Part shown: positions 37,839-48,964 of the stretch, piece after piece
How positions within the stretch are numbered: position 1 is the first letter of the stretch
How the letters are laid out: every line of letters starts with the position of its first letter
Position numbers and translations under genes: made by a program
The notes under the pieces: generated by a model
What the model saw: the letters and a program-made list of their open reading frames with translations, nothing else
The model's database searches: none
Told to the model about the DNA's origin: nothing
DNA from: Nitrospirota bacterium
Lineage (GTDB): Bacteria > Nitrospirota > Nitrospiria > 2-01-FULL-66-17
Length of the DNA: 56,063 bases
Direction of reading: 5' to 3'
Assembly (NCBI GenBank): GCA_049325335.1
Contig: JBMOMC010000042.1
Location: 1-56,063, forward strand

Positions 37839-39181
37839 GTGCCGCGCGGTTCCGCACGCTCGGCCTGGGGGTCCACCGCCCGCGCGTTTGCGGGGGACTC
37901 GGGCGCGCGTTCATCCAAATGGAACAAGCGCCGCACCAAATCGATATACACCGAGCCTTGCGTCTCCTTGGCCTCGTCTTTGAGCACGACCAGGGGCGCG
38001 TGCAGGAGTTTGTTGACCAACGCGGTGGTCACCCCGTCCAGCGCGGCCCGCAGCGCCTCTTCAGAGGCCGCGCCGCCCCGATGCCGGGCCAGGGTTCGTT
38101 CGACCTCGGTTCGCCGCAGGTCCTCGACGCGACGTCGCAATTCGACGATCGTCGGCGTGACGTCGAGGGACTTGAGCCACTTCATCATCTGATCGAGTTC
38201 TTCGTCGATGATCGCCTCGGCCTTCACCGCTTCTTTTTCCCGCTCGCGGCGGTTGGCCTCGACCACCGAGTTCAAATCGTCGATGTTGTACAAAAAGACG
38301 TCTTCGACGTCGTTGACCGCGGGGTCGATGTTGCGGGGCACGGACAAGTCGATTAGAAACAACGGACGGCCCTTACGCTTTCGCGCCACCTCCGCCATCT
38401 GTGCCGCCTCGAGGAGATAATGGTTCGCGCCGGTCGAGCAGATGACGATGTCGGCGTGGACCAACTCATCGAGAAAGGCGTCGCGGGCCACGGCCTGCGC
38501 CGCGTATTCGCGCGCCAACGCGTCCACCCGCTCCTGATTGCGCGCCGCGATGGCGATGCGTTCGGCGCCGTGCGACACCAGGCTCTTGGCCGCGAGTTCC
38601 GCCATCTCCCCAGACCCCATCACCACCACCCGCGTGTCTTCCAGGCGTCGGAAGATCTTCCCGGCCAACTCCACCGCGGCGGAACTGATCGACACCGCGC
38701 TTTCGGCCACGCGTGTTTCGGTGCGGATACGTTTGGCCACGGAAATCGCCTTCTTGAAGAGCTTGTTGAGGACCACGCCCGTGGCCTGGTGGGAAAGCGC
38801 CGCATCGAACGCGTCCTTGACCTGGCCAAGGATCTGCGGCTCGCCGAGCACCATGGAGTCCAGACTCGCGGCCACGCGGAACACGTGCCTGATCGCGTCA
38901 TCCGCCGCATAGTAATAGAGGTGGGCGATCGGAGACTCGCGCGAGCCCCCTTGGTAGGCCGTAAAAAATCGGGTCGCGCCCTCAAACCCCTCTTGCGTGT
39001 CCTGCACCGCGGCGCACACTTCGACCCGGTTGCAGGTGGAGAGCACGAATCCTTCGGTCACGCCGCGGTAGGAACGCAGCAGATCAAGGGCCTTGGGCCA
39101 TTCAGCCTCCGGAAGGGCGAACCGCTCGCGCACGGCCACCGGGGCGGTGCGGTGGTTCAGCCCCACGACGATGATGTTCAC
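37835..39181 (-). CDS. hemA: Glutamyl-tRNA reductase
   Basis: GLNHRTAP, LSTCNRVE, SLDSMVLGEPQILGQ, DLSVPRNI; GTG 39181 with GGGAG SD. Confidence 0.97.
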   Translation of the reverse strand: MNIIVVGLNHRTAPVAVRERFALPEAEWPKALDLLRSYRGVTEGFVLSTCNRVEVCAAVQDTQEGFEGATRFFTAYQGGSRESPIAHLYYYAADDAIRHVFRVAASLDSMVLGEPQILGQVKDAFDAALSHQATGVVLNKLFKKAISVAKRIRTETRVAESAVSISSAAVELAGKIFRRLEDTRVVVMGSGEMAELAAKSLVSHGAERIAIAARNQERVDALAREYAAQAVARDAFLDELVHADIVICSTGANHYLLEAAQMAEVARKRKGRPLFLIDLSVPRNIDPAVNDVEDVFLYNIDDLNSVVEANRREREKEAVKAEAIIDEELDQMMKWLKSLDVTPTIVELRRRVEDLRRTEVERTLARHRGGAASEEALRAALDGVTTALVNKLLHAPLVVLKDEAKETQGSVYIDLVRRLFHLDERAPESPANARAVDPQAERAEPRGT

Positions 39182-39300
39182 GAGCGGCCGTCTCCCAATC
39201 AACCTACCACGTCGTCGCGTCGCGTTCCCGATCCGTTCCCACGTGGCCCGGCGCCCGCGCGTGGGCGGTCACGGGACGGGAGTTCCACGGCCCGGCCGCG

Positions 39301-39627
39301 TTACTCCCCGAACGCGGTCTTGAGCAATGGTTCGAGCTCGCCCTTGCGCTCCATCTCGCCGAGTACGTCGGTGTCGCCGAAGAACTGCCCGTTGATGAAG
39401 ACTTTGGGCAACGTGGGCCAGTTGGTCATCTGCGAGAGGACTTGGCGCTTGGCCACGTTCTCCAGCACGTCGATTACCTCGAACGGCCGCTGGTACTTGT
39501 TGAAAAACTGGATCGTCTCGACCGTGAACCCGCAACGCGGCATGGTCCGCGTGCCTTTGGCGTAAATCACGATCTTGTGCTGCGCGATTTCGCGCTTGAC
39601 CTCATCTTCGATCGGATTGCTCATCAC
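39301..39627 (-). CDS. grxD: Monothiol glutaredoxin (Grx4/GrxD family)
   Basis: KGT..PRCGFT, WPTLP, GQFFGDTD. Confidence 0.88.
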   Translation of the reverse strand: MMSNPIEDEVKREIAQHKIVIYAKGTRTMPRCGFTVETIQFFNKYQRPFEVIDVLENVAKRQVLSQMTNWPTLPKVFINGQFFGDTDVLGEMERKGELEPLLKTAFGE

Positions 39628-39673
39628 GTTCCTCCCGGCATGTCACAAAGGACTCCGCACCTCGGAGCCTGGT

Positions 39674-39928
39674 TTACGCGCGCGGCGCACTCGCCTCATC
39701 CGGCGTCTGGGCCGTCAATTCCGCCGCGTGGATGCGCCCGTCCGCCATGGGATCGCGCAGCGCTTGATAGATCAATCGGTTGCGATCCAACAGATTTTTT
39801 CCCGCAAACGCGCTCGACACGACCCGGATCACAAAGTGATCCCGCGTGCCGGTGCGGTCCACGATCGACACGTCGGCGTCGGGCATCACGACTCTCAAAT
39901 AGTCCACAATCGCCTCATTCGTTATCAC
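39674..39928 (-). CDS. bolA: BolA-family protein
   Basis: DHF..VVS.AF.GK, IHA motif; GTG 39928 after GGAGGAGA SD. Confidence 0.92.
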   Translation of the reverse strand: MITNEAIVDYLRVVMPDADVSIVDRTGTRDHFVIRVVSSAFAGKNLLDRNRLIYQALRDPMADGRIHAAELTAQTPDEASAPRA

Positions 39929-40080
39929 ACCGTCTCCTCCCAGCACATTGCCGGTCGTGTATTTTAGCCTATCCGCGACGGCGGCGGCAAGTCAAAGACG
40001 GGGACACGGCATTCACCAGCGGCTTGCGCCGAATGTGACGTACCGAATCGATCATCAGGTAGCCTCGTTGATCGGCGCTC

Positions 40081-40121
40081 AAAACAGGAAGGGCGCAACC
40101 ACCTGGTTGCGCCCTTCCTGT
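40081..40121 (-). terminator. Rho-independent terminator of the ribosomal superoperon
   Basis: Perfect 17-bp inverted repeat ACAGGAAGGGCGCAACC / GGTTGCGCCCTTCCTGT followed by T-run on the minus strand, 20 nt after rplQ. Confidence 0.88.
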
Positions 40122-40141
40122 CCATCAGGTTGCGATTCCCC

Positions 40142-40588
40142 TTACCCCGCAGCTTTAGCTTTCTCGGCTTCGGGTTTGTCTTTCTTCGCACCCTTGGCCT
40201 TTTTCTCGGGCCCGGCGGTCGTCACTTTGGGTTTGAGCTCGGTCAGTTCAATCACGGCCATGGGCGCGCCGTCGCCCAGGCGACGGCGGGTTTGCATCAC
40301 GCGCGTGTAGCCGCCCGCGCGGTTGGCGAAGCGCGGGGCGATGTCCGAAAACAAGGTGCGGACCACCGATTCCTTGCGGATGAAGGCCAACGCGCGACGG
40401 CGCGCGGCCAGATCGCCGCGTTTACCGAGCGTGATCATTTTTTCAACAAAGCTGCGGAGTTCTTTGGCTTTGGGGACCGTGGTTTCGATGCGCTCGTGTT
40501 CCAAGACTGACGTCACCAGCGCGCGGTACAAGGCGCGTCGGTGGCCGCTGTTGCGGCCCAACGCGCGCCCGGCTTTACGATGTCTCAT
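40142..40588 (-). CDS. rplQ: 50S ribosomal protein L17
   Basis: [20 protein letters not shown]; Lys-rich tail. Confidence 0.99.
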   Translation of the reverse strand: MRHRKAGRALGRNSGHRRALYRALVTSVLEHERIETTVPKAKELRSFVEKMITLGKRGDLAARRRALAFIRKESVVRTLFSDIAPRFANRAGGYTRVMQTRRRLGDGAPMAVIELTELKPKVTTAGPEKKAKGAKKDKPEAEKAKAAG

Positions 40589-40589
40589 G

Positions 40590-41615
40590 TCAGGCCACCC
40601 CCTCGGGCTTGGCCTCGGCTTCTTCGCCCTCTTCCGCAGGAAGCATATCCTTGATGTTCATCCCGAAGGAAAGCCCCATGTCGTGGAGCAGATCCTTGAT
40701 CTCGTTGAGGGACTTGCGGCCGAAGTTTTTGGTCTTGAGCATCTCGTGTTCGGTTTTTTGCACAAGATCCGCGATGGTCTTGATGTTGGCGTTTTTCAGG
40801 CAGTTGGCCGCTCGCACCGACAATTCCAGTTCGTTGACCCCGCGGAACAAATTTCGATTGAGGTCTTGCCGCGCTTCCTCCGTGACCGGCATGGCCACTT
40901 CGTCGCCTTCATCGAAATTGATGAAAATCTGCATGTGGTCCTTCACGATCTTAGCCGCGTGCGCGAGCGCGTCCTCCGGGGTAATGCTCCCGTCGGTCCA
41001 CACCTCGATCACCAGGCGGTCGTAATCCGTGATCCGGCCCACGCGCGCGGGTTCGACCACGAAGTTGACGGCCTTGACCGGGGTAAAAATCGCGTCGATC
41101 GGAATGGTGCCGATCGACATGCCTTCTTCCTTGTTCCGATCCGCCGGCACATAACCCCGTCCGTGTTTGACGGCCAGTTCGGCCTTCACGTGGGCGTCCT
41201 TGTCCAACGTGGCGATGTGCACATCCGGCGTGAGAATCTCCACGTCCGCGTCGCAGATGATGTCCTCGCCAGTCAGATCGCCAGGGCCTTTCTTGTTGAT
41301 CGTGATCACTTTGGGCTTGTCGCCGTGCAGCTTGACCCGCAGCCGTTTCAGGTTGAGGACCACGTCGGTGACGTCTTCCTTCACGCCAGGAATCGTCGAG
41401 AACTCGTGCAATACGCCCTCGATCTTGATCGAGGTGACGGCCGCGCCCACGATCGAGGACAGCAACACGCGCCGCAGTCCATTGCCGATCGTGGCCCCGA
41501 AGCCCCGCTCAAACGGCTCCGCCGTAAACTTGCCGTAGGTGTCGGTCAAGCTCTCCTTGTCGCATTCCAGTTTCCGCGGCGCCTGAAAATCACTCAGCTT
41601 AATCATGGTTGACAT
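40590..41615 (-). CDS. rpoA: RNA polymerase alpha subunit
   Basis: [34 protein letters not shown]. Confidence 0.99.
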   Translation of the reverse strand: MSTMIKLSDFQAPRKLECDKESLTDTYGKFTAEPFERGFGATIGNGLRRVLLSSIVGAAVTSIKIEGVLHEFSTIPGVKEDVTDVVLNLKRLRVKLHGDKPKVITINKKGPGDLTGEDIICDADVEILTPDVHIATLDKDAHVKAELAVKHGRGYVPADRNKEEGMSIGTIPIDAIFTPVKAVNFVVEPARVGRITDYDRLVIEVWTDGSITPEDALAHAAKIVKDHMQIFINFDEGDEVAMPVTEEARQDLNRNLFRGVNELELSVRAANCLKNANIKTIADLVQKTEHEMLKTKNFGRKSLNEIKDLLHDMGLSFGMNIKDMLPAEEGEEAEAKPEGVA

Positions 41616-41663
41616 AGCGTTCTCCCCACCTTAACTTGCGTTCGCCACGCGTCCTGCTTGGAC

Positions 41664-42290
41664 TTATCGCGAGTACAGCTCGACCACGAGCTGCTCGTTC
41701 ACCGGCAGGGCAATCTCCTCCTTGGTCGGCAATTCTTTCACGCGCCCCGTACAGCGGGTCTTATCGACTTCGACCCAGCTCGGAATGCCCCGACCATCCA
41801 CGCTCTCAAGCGCTTTCTGAATCGGTAGCAACGTCCTGGACGATTCGTGGATCGAGACGGTCGCGCCGGGCGCCACCAAGTACGCGGGAATATTGACCTT
41901 CTTCCCATTGACCTGGCAGTGTCCGTGCAACACCAATTGACGGGCCTCGCGCCGGGACGCGGCAAAGCCCATGCGGTACATCACGTTGTCCAACCGTCGC
42001 TCCAGCAACACGAGAAGATTCTGGCCCATGATGCCCTTCATGCGCTCGGCGCGATGGAAGTAGCCGCGGAACTGGCGTTCCATCAACCCGTAAATGCGCT
42101 TGAGCTTTTGCTTTTCCCGGAGCTGGAGGCTGTACTCCGAGGTGCGCATCCGGCCCTGCCCATGCTGGCCCGGGGGGTACCCGCGTCGGTCTACGGCGCA
42201 CTTTTCCGTGTAACAACGCGTCCCCTTCAGAAACAATTTCGTGCCTTCACGACGGCACAGCCGGCAGACCGGCCCGACATAACGTCCCAC
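41664..42290 (-). CDS. rpsD: 30S ribosomal protein S4 (zinc-binding form)
   Basis: [26 protein letters not shown]. Confidence 0.99.
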   Translation of the reverse strand: MGRYVGPVCRLCRREGTKLFLKGTRCYTEKCAVDRRGYPPGQHGQGRMRTSEYSLQLREKQKLKRIYGLMERQFRGYFHRAERMKGIMGQNLLVLLERRLDNVMYRMGFAASRREARQLVLHGHCQVNGKKVNIPAYLVAPGATVSIHESSRTLLPIQKALESVDGRGIPSWVEVDKTRCTGRVKELPTKEEIALPVNEQLVVELYSR

Positions 42291-42314
42291 GAGTCCCTCT
42301 CCTCTTCTCCACGC

Positions 42315-42354
42315 CCCGGTCCGCCGGTTCTCCGGCTTCCCGGTTTGCCGTTGT
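42315..42354. repeat. Degenerate 8-nt tandem repeat (NCCGGTTC-like, 5 units)
   Basis: CCGG/CCGT at 42316, 42324, 42332, 42340, 42348 (exact period 8). Confidence 0.7.
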
Positions 42355-42355
42355 C

Positions 42356-42742
42356 CTAGACTCTACGCCGCTTAGGCGGCCGACACCCATTGTGCGGAAT
42401 CGGCGTCACGTCGCGGATCAGATTGATCTTCAACCCCGCGGCCTGCAACGCGCGGACCGCCGACTCGCGCCCGGAGCCCGGCCCCTTCACGTACACATCC
42501 ACCTGCCGCATACCGTGTTCCATCGCCTTCTTGGCGGCGGTGTCCGCGGCCCGCTGCGCCGCGAACGGCGTGCTCTTGCGGGACCCCTTGAACCCTTGGT
42601 TGCCCGCGCTCGCCCACACCACCACGTTGCCGGCCAAGTCCGTCACCGTCACGATGGTGTTGTTAAACGAGGCTTGCACGTGCGCCACGCCTGTCTGGAC
42701 GTGTTTGCGTTCCTTTTTCTTGCCGACTTTCTTATTGACCAT
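42356..42742 (-). CDS. rpsK: 30S ribosomal protein S11
   Basis: [28 protein letters not shown]. Confidence 0.99.
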   Translation of the reverse strand: MVNKKVGKKKERKHVQTGVAHVQASFNNTIVTVTDLAGNVVVWASAGNQGFKGSRKSTPFAAQRAADTAAKKAMEHGMRQVDVYVKGPGSGRESAVRALQAAGLKINLIRDVTPIPHNGCRPPKRRRV

Positions 42743-42799
42743 TCGTCACATCCCCATGTGCGTCGCGCTAACTCGCCGTCAGGGCGTACGCGTTCGTTT

Positions 42800-42827
42800 G
42801 TAGGAGCGTACGGCCGTACGCTCCTAC
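42800..42827. repeat. GTAG REP-like perfect palindrome overlapping the rpsM stop codon
   Basis: GTAGGAGCGTACGGCCGTACGCTCCTAC, 28 bp. Confidence 0.8.
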
Positions 42828-43201
42828 TTTTCTTTCTTCTTCGCCCCGATTCCGCGGCGGTTCGGCCCTTTCCGGGTCTTGGCGTTGGTGTGAGTGCGTT
42901 GTCCGCGCACCGGCAACCCGCGCCGGTGCCGCAGGCCGCGATAACACCCGATATCCATCAACCGCTTGATATTCATCGCGGTCTCGCGACGCAGATCGCC
43001 TTCGACTTTGTACTCGCGGTCGATCACGTCGCGCAGGCGCGACACCTCGGCCTCCTGGAGGGCCTTGACCCGTGTGGCCGGATCCACCTTGGCGTCGCGC
43101 AGTATCTTGTGCGCCGACGCGCGGCCGATCCCGTAAATCGCGGTCAGGCCGATCTCCACCCGTTTGTCCCTCGGCAAATCAATTCCCGCTATTCGCGCCA
43201 T
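42824..43201 (-). CDS. rpsM: 30S ribosomal protein S13
   Basis: [26 protein letters not shown]. Confidence 0.99.
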   Translation of the reverse strand: MARIAGIDLPRDKRVEIGLTAIYGIGRASAHKILRDAKVDPATRVKALQEAEVSRLRDVIDREYKVEGDLRRETAMNIKRLMDIGCYRGLRHRRGLPVRGQRTHTNAKTRKGPNRRGIGAKKKEK

Positions 43202-43210
43202 TCTCGTCCC

Positions 43211-43324
43211 CTATCCCTGGCGTTGCTTATGGCGCGGATTGTCGCAGATGACACGCACCACGCCGGCACGCTTAATGATTTTGCACTTGGCGCAAATCGC
43301 CTTGACCGATGATCTCACTTTCAT
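43211..43324 (-). CDS. rpmJ: 50S ribosomal protein L36 (below the ORF-track size cutoff)
   Basis: Manual translation [37 protein letters not shown]. Confidence 0.98.
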   Translation of the reverse strand: MKVRSSVKAICAKCKIIKRAGVVRVICDNPRHKQRQG

Positions 43325-43359
43325 ACGTCCCTCGTCTGGCGGGCGTCCCGCCCTGTCTT

Positions 43360-43382
43360 GGGCGTACGCGGTACGCCCCTAC
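43360..43382 (-). repeat. GTAG REP-like hairpin overlapping the infA stop codon
   Basis: Minus strand GTAG-GGGCGTAC-CGC-GTACGCCC. Confidence 0.72.
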
Positions 43383-43600
43383 TTACTGAACCGATAGGTG
43401 ATCCGCCCCCGCGTCAAATCATAGGGCGAGAGTTCCACCGTCACTTTGTCACCGGGCAGAATCTTGATGTAGTGCATCCGCATCTTCCCGGAAATATGGG
43501 CCAACACCCGGTGGCCGTTCTCCAGCACCACCCGGAACATCGCGTTGGGCAGCGGTTCGACGATCGTGCCTTGCACCTCAATCGTATCTTCCTTCGGCAT
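43379..43600 (-). CDS. infA: Translation initiation factor IF-1
   Basis: [28 protein letters not shown]. Confidence 0.99.
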   Translation of the reverse strand: MPKEDTIEVQGTIVEPLPNAMFRVVLENGHRVLAHISGKMRMHYIKILPGDKVTVELSPYDLTRGRITYRFSK

Positions 43601-43608
43601 CCGTCCCC

Positions 43609-44361
43609 TTACGCCGCCATAGTCAACACTTGCGGACCGTCGGCCGTCAGCGCGATGGTGTGCTCAAAGTGAGCGGACAAGCTGCGGTCCTTGGTCACCA
43701 CGGTCCACCGATCCGACAACACCTCCACCTCGCTGCGCCCCGCGTTGACCATGGGCTCGATCGCCAGCACCAATCCCTCTTTCAAGCGCGGACCTTCGCC
43801 GGGACGACCGAAGTTCGGGACCTGCGGGTCCTCGTGCAGGTTCCGGCCGATTCCGTGTCCCACGAAATCCGTGACGACCGAGTACCCTTCGTCCTCGGCC
43901 ACGATCTGGATCGCGTGCGAGACGTCCGACAAGCGATTCCCCACGTTGACCTTGGCCAACCCCGCGGCCAATGATGCTTCGGTCACGCGAATTAACCGGG
44001 CGGCTTCGTCCGAGATCGCGCCGACCGGGAGCGTGACCGCCGCGTCGCCGTGAAACCCCTCGACCACCGCCCCCACGTCAACTCCGATGATGTCGCCCTC
44101 GTTGAGGCGCTTGCGGGGCGACGGGATCCCGTGAACGACTTCCTCGTTCACCGACGTGCACAAGGTCGCCGGGTAGCCCCGGTAGCCCTTGAACGCGGGA
44201 CGGGCGCCTTCACGGACGATAAATTCCTCGGCCCAGCGGTCAAGATCCGCGGTCGTAATCCCGGGCTTGACCCGTTCACGCAAAAACGCGATGGTCAGCG
44301 CCACCACGCGGCTGGCCTTGGCGATCAACGCGATCTCTTGCGGCGTCTTCAAAATAATCAT
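43609..44361 (-). CDS. map: Methionine aminopeptidase type I
   Basis: [34 protein letters not shown]. Confidence 0.98.
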   Translation of the reverse strand: MIILKTPQEIALIAKASRVVALTIAFLRERVKPGITTADLDRWAEEFIVREGARPAFKGYRGYPATLCTSVNEEVVHGIPSPRKRLNEGDIIGVDVGAVVEGFHGDAAVTLPVGAISDEAARLIRVTEASLAAGLAKVNVGNRLSDVSHAIQIVAEDEGYSVVTDFVGHGIGRNLHEDPQVPNFGRPGEGPRLKEGLVLAIEPMVNAGRSEVEVLSDRWTVVTKDRSLSAHFEHTIALTADGPQVLTMAA

Positions 44362-45014
44362 GCCGACCGGCGGCCGCCCAGCGCCGCCTCGACGCGGGCC
44401 GCCACCTGATCGATCGGCGCCGTGCCGTCCAGCGTGGTCAACAACCCGCGGCCCTGATAATACGATAAAACGGGCGCGGTTTCACGCTCATACACGGTCA
44501 ATCGTTTGCGAATCGTCTCTTCACGATCATCGTCGCGCTGAATCAATTCAGTGCCACACCCGCCGCACTTCGCGCCGCGCGGCGACGGGTCGTTGGTCGC
44601 GTGGTAGACCTTTCCGCACGCGGGGCACGATCGCCGTCCCGACAAGCGCGCCACGATCACGTCCGCCTCGGCTTGAAACGCCACCGCGCGGTCCAATCGC
44701 TCCCCGCGCGAGGCCAACATCTTTTCGAGCGCCTCAGCCTGCGGCAACGTTCGCGGAAACCCGTCGAGCAAATAACCCGGTTTGGTATCTTCGGCCTTTA
44801 AGCGCTCAGCCAACATATCCACCACCAGATCGTCAGGGACCAACGCCCCGGAATCCATGAACGCCTTGGCCTTCTTCCCAAGCAGCGTGCCGTGACGAAC
44901 CGCCTCCCGCAGCACGTCGCCGGTCGAAATTTTCGCGATGCCCTTGGCCGCGGCCAGCCGCTGCGCCTGCGTGCCCTTGCCTACGCCCGGGGGACCGATA
45001 AACACAACCCTCAC
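44358..45014 (-). CDS. adk: Adenylate kinase (zinc-lid type)
   Basis: GPPGVGKGTQ, LDGFPR, CPAC..CGGC lid, QRDDD. Confidence 0.98.
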   Translation of the reverse strand: MRVVFIGPPGVGKGTQAQRLAAAKGIAKISTGDVLREAVRHGTLLGKKAKAFMDSGALVPDDLVVDMLAERLKAEDTKPGYLLDGFPRTLPQAEALEKMLASRGERLDRAVAFQAEADVIVARLSGRRSCPACGKVYHATNDPSPRGAKCGGCGTELIQRDDDREETIRKRLTVYERETAPVLSYYQGRGLLTTLDGTAPIDQVAARVEAALGGRRSA

Positions 45015-45016
45015 GA

Positions 45017-46330
45017 CTAGCCACTACGGCCCTTGAGCCGACCTTTTCTCATAAAACCTTCGTAGTTGCGCGTGATCATATGGGTCTCGATCTGCTGCGC
45101 GGTGTCGAGCCCCACGCCGACCACGATCAAGAGCGACGTGCCTCCGAAAAAGAACGGTAGGCCCGCCTGATAGATCAGCAATTCCGGAATCACGCACACC
45201 ACCGCCAAATACACCGCCCCGGCGAATGTGACGCGCGTGAGCACTTTATAGATGTAATCCGACGTCTTCTGTCCAGGACGGATGCCCGGAATAAAGCCGC
45301 CGTACTTTTTCATATTATCCGCCATGTCCACCGGGTTCAACACCACCGCGGTGTAAAAGAACGCAAAGAAAATGATCAAGGTGACGTACAAGATCGTATA
45401 GAGCAACGAGCCCGGCGCCAACTGCTGCGACAGGCTCTGCACCCACGCGATCTGGATGAACCCCGCGATGGTCGCGGGAAACGCGATCAAGCTCGAGGCG
45501 AAAATCGGCGGGATCACGCCCGCCGTGTTGATCTTGAGCGGAATGTGCGTATTCTGGCCGCCGTAGACCTTGCGACCGACCACGCGCTTTGCGTACTGAA
45601 CAGGTATTTTTCGCCGACCGCTCTCCAAAAACACGATCGCGGCGGTCACGCCCACCATCATCACCCCCAACGCGAGGAGGAACAGGCTGTTGAGCTGACC
45701 GGTCTCCCACAGATTATAGGTGTTGATGAGCGCGCTCGGAATATTGGCGACGATTCCGGCAAAAATAATCAGGGAGATTCCGTTCCCGATGCCGCGCTCC
45801 GTGATCTGCTCGCCCAGCCACATGAGGAACGCGGTACCCGCGGTGATCGTGATCATGGTCATCAGTCGGAACGGCCACCCCGGATCCTGCACGAACACGC
45901 CCCCGTTCATCTTCTCCAGGCCGACGGCGATCCCGAACGACTGGATCAGCCCGATCAGAATGGTCCCGTACCGCGTGTACTGGATGATCTTTTTGCGGCC
46001 ACGCTCCCCTTCCTTGGCCAACTTGGTCAACGTCGGCACGACCACGGTTAATAACTGAAGGATGATCGAGGCGGAGATGTATGGCATGATCCCCAACGCG
46101 ACGATGGTGACCTTGGCCAGCGCGCCGCCGGAGAACATATCCAAAAACCCCATCAGCGCGCCGCCCTGCTGGTGGAGGAACTTACTCAGCTCCTCGCCGT
46201 TGATCCCCGGCGTGGGCACATGGGCCGCCACGCGGTACACCGCGAGCATGCCCAACGTAAAGAGAATCCGCTGGCGGAGTTCGGGGATCTTAAAAACGTT
46301 CTGGAGGTTGGTCAGAAGCCGTTCAAACAC
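45017..46330 (-). CDS. secY: Preprotein translocase SecY
   Basis: [46 protein letters not shown]. Confidence 0.99.
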   Translation of the reverse strand: MFERLLTNLQNVFKIPELRQRILFTLGMLAVYRVAAHVPTPGINGEELSKFLHQQGGALMGFLDMFSGGALAKVTIVALGIMPYISASIILQLLTVVVPTLTKLAKEGERGRKKIIQYTRYGTILIGLIQSFGIAVGLEKMNGGVFVQDPGWPFRLMTMITITAGTAFLMWLGEQITERGIGNGISLIIFAGIVANIPSALINTYNLWETGQLNSLFLLALGVMMVGVTAAIVFLESGRRKIPVQYAKRVVGRKVYGGQNTHIPLKINTAGVIPPIFASSLIAFPATIAGFIQIAWVQSLSQQLAPGSLLYTILYVTLIIFFAFFYTAVVLNPVDMADNMKKYGGFIPGIRPGQKTSDYIYKVLTRVTFAGAVYLAVVCVIPELLIYQAGLPFFFGGTSLLIVVGVGLDTAQQIETHMITRNYEGFMRKGRLKGRSG

Positions 46331-46344
46331 GCGGAGAGTTCCTC

Positions 46345-46809
46345 TTATCCCCGAGACGAGGAGGCTTCGATCAGGACGGCTTTCCCCCCGGCCGCTTCGA
46401 TCTTGTCCTTCGCGCTCCGGCTGAACGCGTGCGCGTGGACCGTCAGCGGAGAGGACAAGGTCCCGTCACCGAGGATTTTGACCGTAGAGGCCGACGCCTT
46501 GATCACCCCGTCCGCCTTCAGACGTTCGGGAGTCACGGCGTCCTTTGCGTCAAAGCGGGCCAATCGATCCAAATTCACCACCGCCGGAGGATCCCGGAAG
46601 ATGTTCACGAACCCGCGTTTGGGCGCGCGACGGATGATCGGGTTCTGGCCGCCTTCGAATCCCGGCGCCTTGGTCCCGCCGGACCGAGCGCCCTGGCCCT
46701 TGTGGCCTTTGGTCGAGGTCTTGCCGTGCCCGGACCCAATCCCGCGTCCGATCCGCTTTTCTTTTTTCTTCGCGCCTCTGGCTGGGGCCAGTTGATCCAA
46801 TCGAATCAT
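46345..46809 (-). CDS. rplO: 50S ribosomal protein L15
   Basis: GRGIGSG.GKT, GFEGGQ, KILGDG. Confidence 0.99.
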   Translation of the reverse strand: MIRLDQLAPARGAKKKEKRIGRGIGSGHGKTSTKGHKGQGARSGGTKAPGFEGGQNPIIRRAPKRGFVNIFRDPPAVVNLDRLARFDAKDAVTPERLKADGVIKASASTVKILGDGTLSSPLTVHAHAFSRSAKDKIEAAGGKAVLIEASSSRG

Positions 46810-47048
46810 GCCCGCTCCCCGGTGTGCGGTTCAACCCGCACCATATGACAAATTTCGTTCACCATCCCCCGAATCGCGGGCGTGTCCGGACGGATCACGG
46901 TCTGCTGCAATTTACGGAATCCCAACCCCTTGACCACCAATTTATGTTTGGCCGGACGACCAATGGGGCTTCGCACCAACGTAATCGCGATGAACCCGGT
47001 CCCCGCGCTTTTCGTTCGGGCCGCTGTCGCCAGCTTCTTGGCGCCCAT
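46806..47048 (-). CDS. rpmD: 50S ribosomal protein L30 with short N-terminal extension
   Basis: ITLVRSPIG..GLG..DTPAIRGM; ATG 47048 overlaps the rpsE stop (TAATG). Confidence 0.93.
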   Translation of the reverse strand: MGAKKLATAARTKSAGTGFIAITLVRSPIGRPAKHKLVVKGLGFRKLQQTVIRPDTPAIRGMVNEICHMVRVEPHTGERA

Positions 47049-47557
47049 TACGCCCCTGCCTCGGCGGCTTCGCCCACCCGCACTCCGCGCATCCGGGCGA
47101 TCGTCTCCGGATCGCGCAACGACGTCAGCCCGTTCAGCGTGGCCTTGACCACGTTGTACGGGTTCCCGCTGCCCAGAGACTTGCAGAGGATGTTGCGGAC
47201 CCCGGAAATTTCCATCACCGACCGCACGGCCCCGCCAGCGATGATCCCAGTGCCTTCCGCGGCAGGCTTCATCATGATCCGCTCCGCGCCGCAACGGCCG
47301 ACCGTTTCGTAGGGAATCGTGTCGTCCGTAATCGGCACGCGCACCAAACTTTTCTTGGCGTGATCCACGGCTTTACGAATGGCTTCGGGAACCTCGGCGG
47401 CCTTGCCTTTACCCACCCCCACGTACCCCTGGCCGTCGCCCACCACCACGACCGCGGCAAAACTAAATCGCTTTCCGCCCTTGACCACCTTGGCCACGCG
47501 GTTGATGAACACGACTTTATCTTTGAGCGTCAGCTCATCCGGATTGACCCGTTCCAA
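47048..47557 (-). CDS. rpsE: 30S ribosomal protein S5
   Basis: [26 protein letters not shown]. Confidence 0.99.
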   Translation of the reverse strand: MERVNPDELTLKDKVVFINRVAKVVKGGKRFSFAAVVVVGDGQGYVGVGKGKAAEVPEAIRKAVDHAKKSLVRVPITDDTIPYETVGRCGAERIMMKPAAEGTGIIAGGAVRSVMEISGVRNILCKSLGSGNPYNVVKATLNGLTSLRDPETIARMRGVRVGEAAEAGA

Positions 47558-47592
47558 CCGTCACCCCCGTTCTGAAAAACATCCACCCTATG

Positions 47593-47961
47593 CTAAAAAC
47601 TCAGGCCAGCTTCCCGCGCCGCGTCGGCGAGCGCCTTGAGCCGGCCGTGGTACAAGTATCCGCCGCGATCAAACACCACCGTCGTCACGTTGGCGGCCTT
47701 GGCCCGCTCGGCCAACGCAGCGCCCAACACCTTGGCGGCCTCGATCGTGTTGCCTTTCGCGCGTTCCCGGATCGTCGGTTCCATGGTCGACGCCGCCACC
47801 ACGGTTCGCCCGGCCAAGTCGTCGATAATTTGGCAATACAAGAACCGATTGCTGCGAAACACGGACAAGCGAAGCCGGTCTTTCGTGCCGACCACGCGTT
47901 TTCTCACCCGCCGGTGCCGGCGTTGTCTGGCGTCCAACCGAGATTTGGAATTCGTGCTCAT
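47593..47961 (-). CDS. rplR: 50S ribosomal protein L18
   Basis: [21 protein letters not shown]. Confidence 0.99.
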   Translation of the reverse strand: MSTNSKSRLDARQRRHRRVRKRVVGTKDRLRLSVFRSNRFLYCQIIDDLAGRTVVAASTMEPTIRERAKGNTIEAAKVLGAALAERAKAANVTTVVFDRGGYLYHGRLKALADAAREAGLSF

Positions 47962-48004
47962 CGTCCACTCACCTCATATCTCTGCCGCATCCGCCGGCGT
48001 GCGA

Positions 48005-48541
48005 CTACTTGCCGGTTTTGCCTTCCTTCCGGATGATCCGTTCCCCCGCGTATTTGATGCCCTTGCCCTTGTACGGTTCCGGCTCGCGCATCGCGCGGAT
48101 CTTCGCCGCGGTTTGCCCCACGAGTTGCTTATCCACGCCCTTGAGCGTCACCACGGTCTGTTTGTCGACGGCGGCGTCAACGCCAGCGGGTAAGGGGAAT
48201 TCGATCTGATGCGTGTACCCAAGGCTCATTAAGATTTTTTTGCCCTGAACTTGCGCGCGGAACCCGACCCCGCTAATTTCCAGAACGCGCTCGTACCCCT
48301 GCGACACGCCTTCGACCATGTTCTTGATCTCGTTGCGCACCATGCCGTGCAGCGCCTTGTCGGCCTTGTCCTCGGAGGAACGCCCGACCTGAACGCGGCC
48401 GTTTTCCACCTTGACCGAGATTCTGGGGTGGACCGGTTTGGATAACTCGCCCTTGGGACCCTTGACCCGCACGACCCCGGCCCCGACCTTCACGTCAACC
48501 CCCTTGGGAACTTCCAGTTCTTTCCGTCCGATGCGAGACAT
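48005..48541 (-). CDS. rplF: 50S ribosomal protein L6
   Basis: MSRIG, KGPKG, PEPYKGKGI. Confidence 0.99.
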   Translation of the reverse strand: MSRIGRKELEVPKGVDVKVGAGVVRVKGPKGELSKPVHPRISVKVENGRVQVGRSSEDKADKALHGMVRNEIKNMVEGVSQGYERVLEISGVGFRAQVQGKKILMSLGYTHQIEFPLPAGVDAAVDKQTVVTLKGVDKQLVGQTAAKIRAMREPEPYKGKGIKYAGERIIRKEGKTGK

Positions 48542-48545
48542 CAGA

Positions 48546-48944
48546 TCACCACACGTAACAGAGCACTTCGCCGCCGACCTTGGCCTGGCGCGATTGCTTG
48601 TCCGTCAAAATACCCTTATTCGTCGAAAGGATCGCGGTGCCGTATCCACCCTTGACCGACGGGATCCGGTCTTGGCCCACGTACACGCGGCGGCCCGGGG
48701 TGCTCACGCGCTCGAGACCGACGATCACGGAATCGTCTTCGTTGAGGTACTTGAGATCGATTTTGATCGACCGGCGGCCGTCATGGCTCACCACCCGCGC
48801 CTCGCGAATGAACCCCTCATCCTTGAGAAGGCGGGCGATCTCGCTCTTGACCTTCGAGGCCGGAATCAACACGGAATCATGCCGACGCATCATGGCGTTG
48901 CGGATGCGAGTCAGCATATCGGCAATCGGATCGGTCATGCTCAT
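48546..48944 (-). CDS. rpsH: 30S ribosomal protein S8
   Basis: [22 protein letters not shown]. Confidence 0.99.
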   Translation of the reverse strand: MSMTDPIADMLTRIRNAMMRRHDSVLIPASKVKSEIARLLKDEGFIREARVVSHDGRRSIKIDLKYLNEDDSVIVGLERVSTPGRRVYVGQDRIPSVKGGYGTAILSTNKGILTDKQSRQAKVGGEVLCYVW

Positions 48945-48964
48945 TGAAACATCACTCCTTCTTG

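Noticed and set aside
39203..39300. Possible structured RNA upstream of hemA
   Set aside because: Only imperfect GC-rich pairings; no riboswitch consensus recognised
39770..39790. BolA has RNR where RHR is common
   Set aside because: The Fe-S ligand His of the IHA motif is retained, so this change is not clearly meaningful
42315..43382. Short repeats as a CRISPR array
   Set aside because: No repeat-spacer periodicity of CRISPR size and no cas genes
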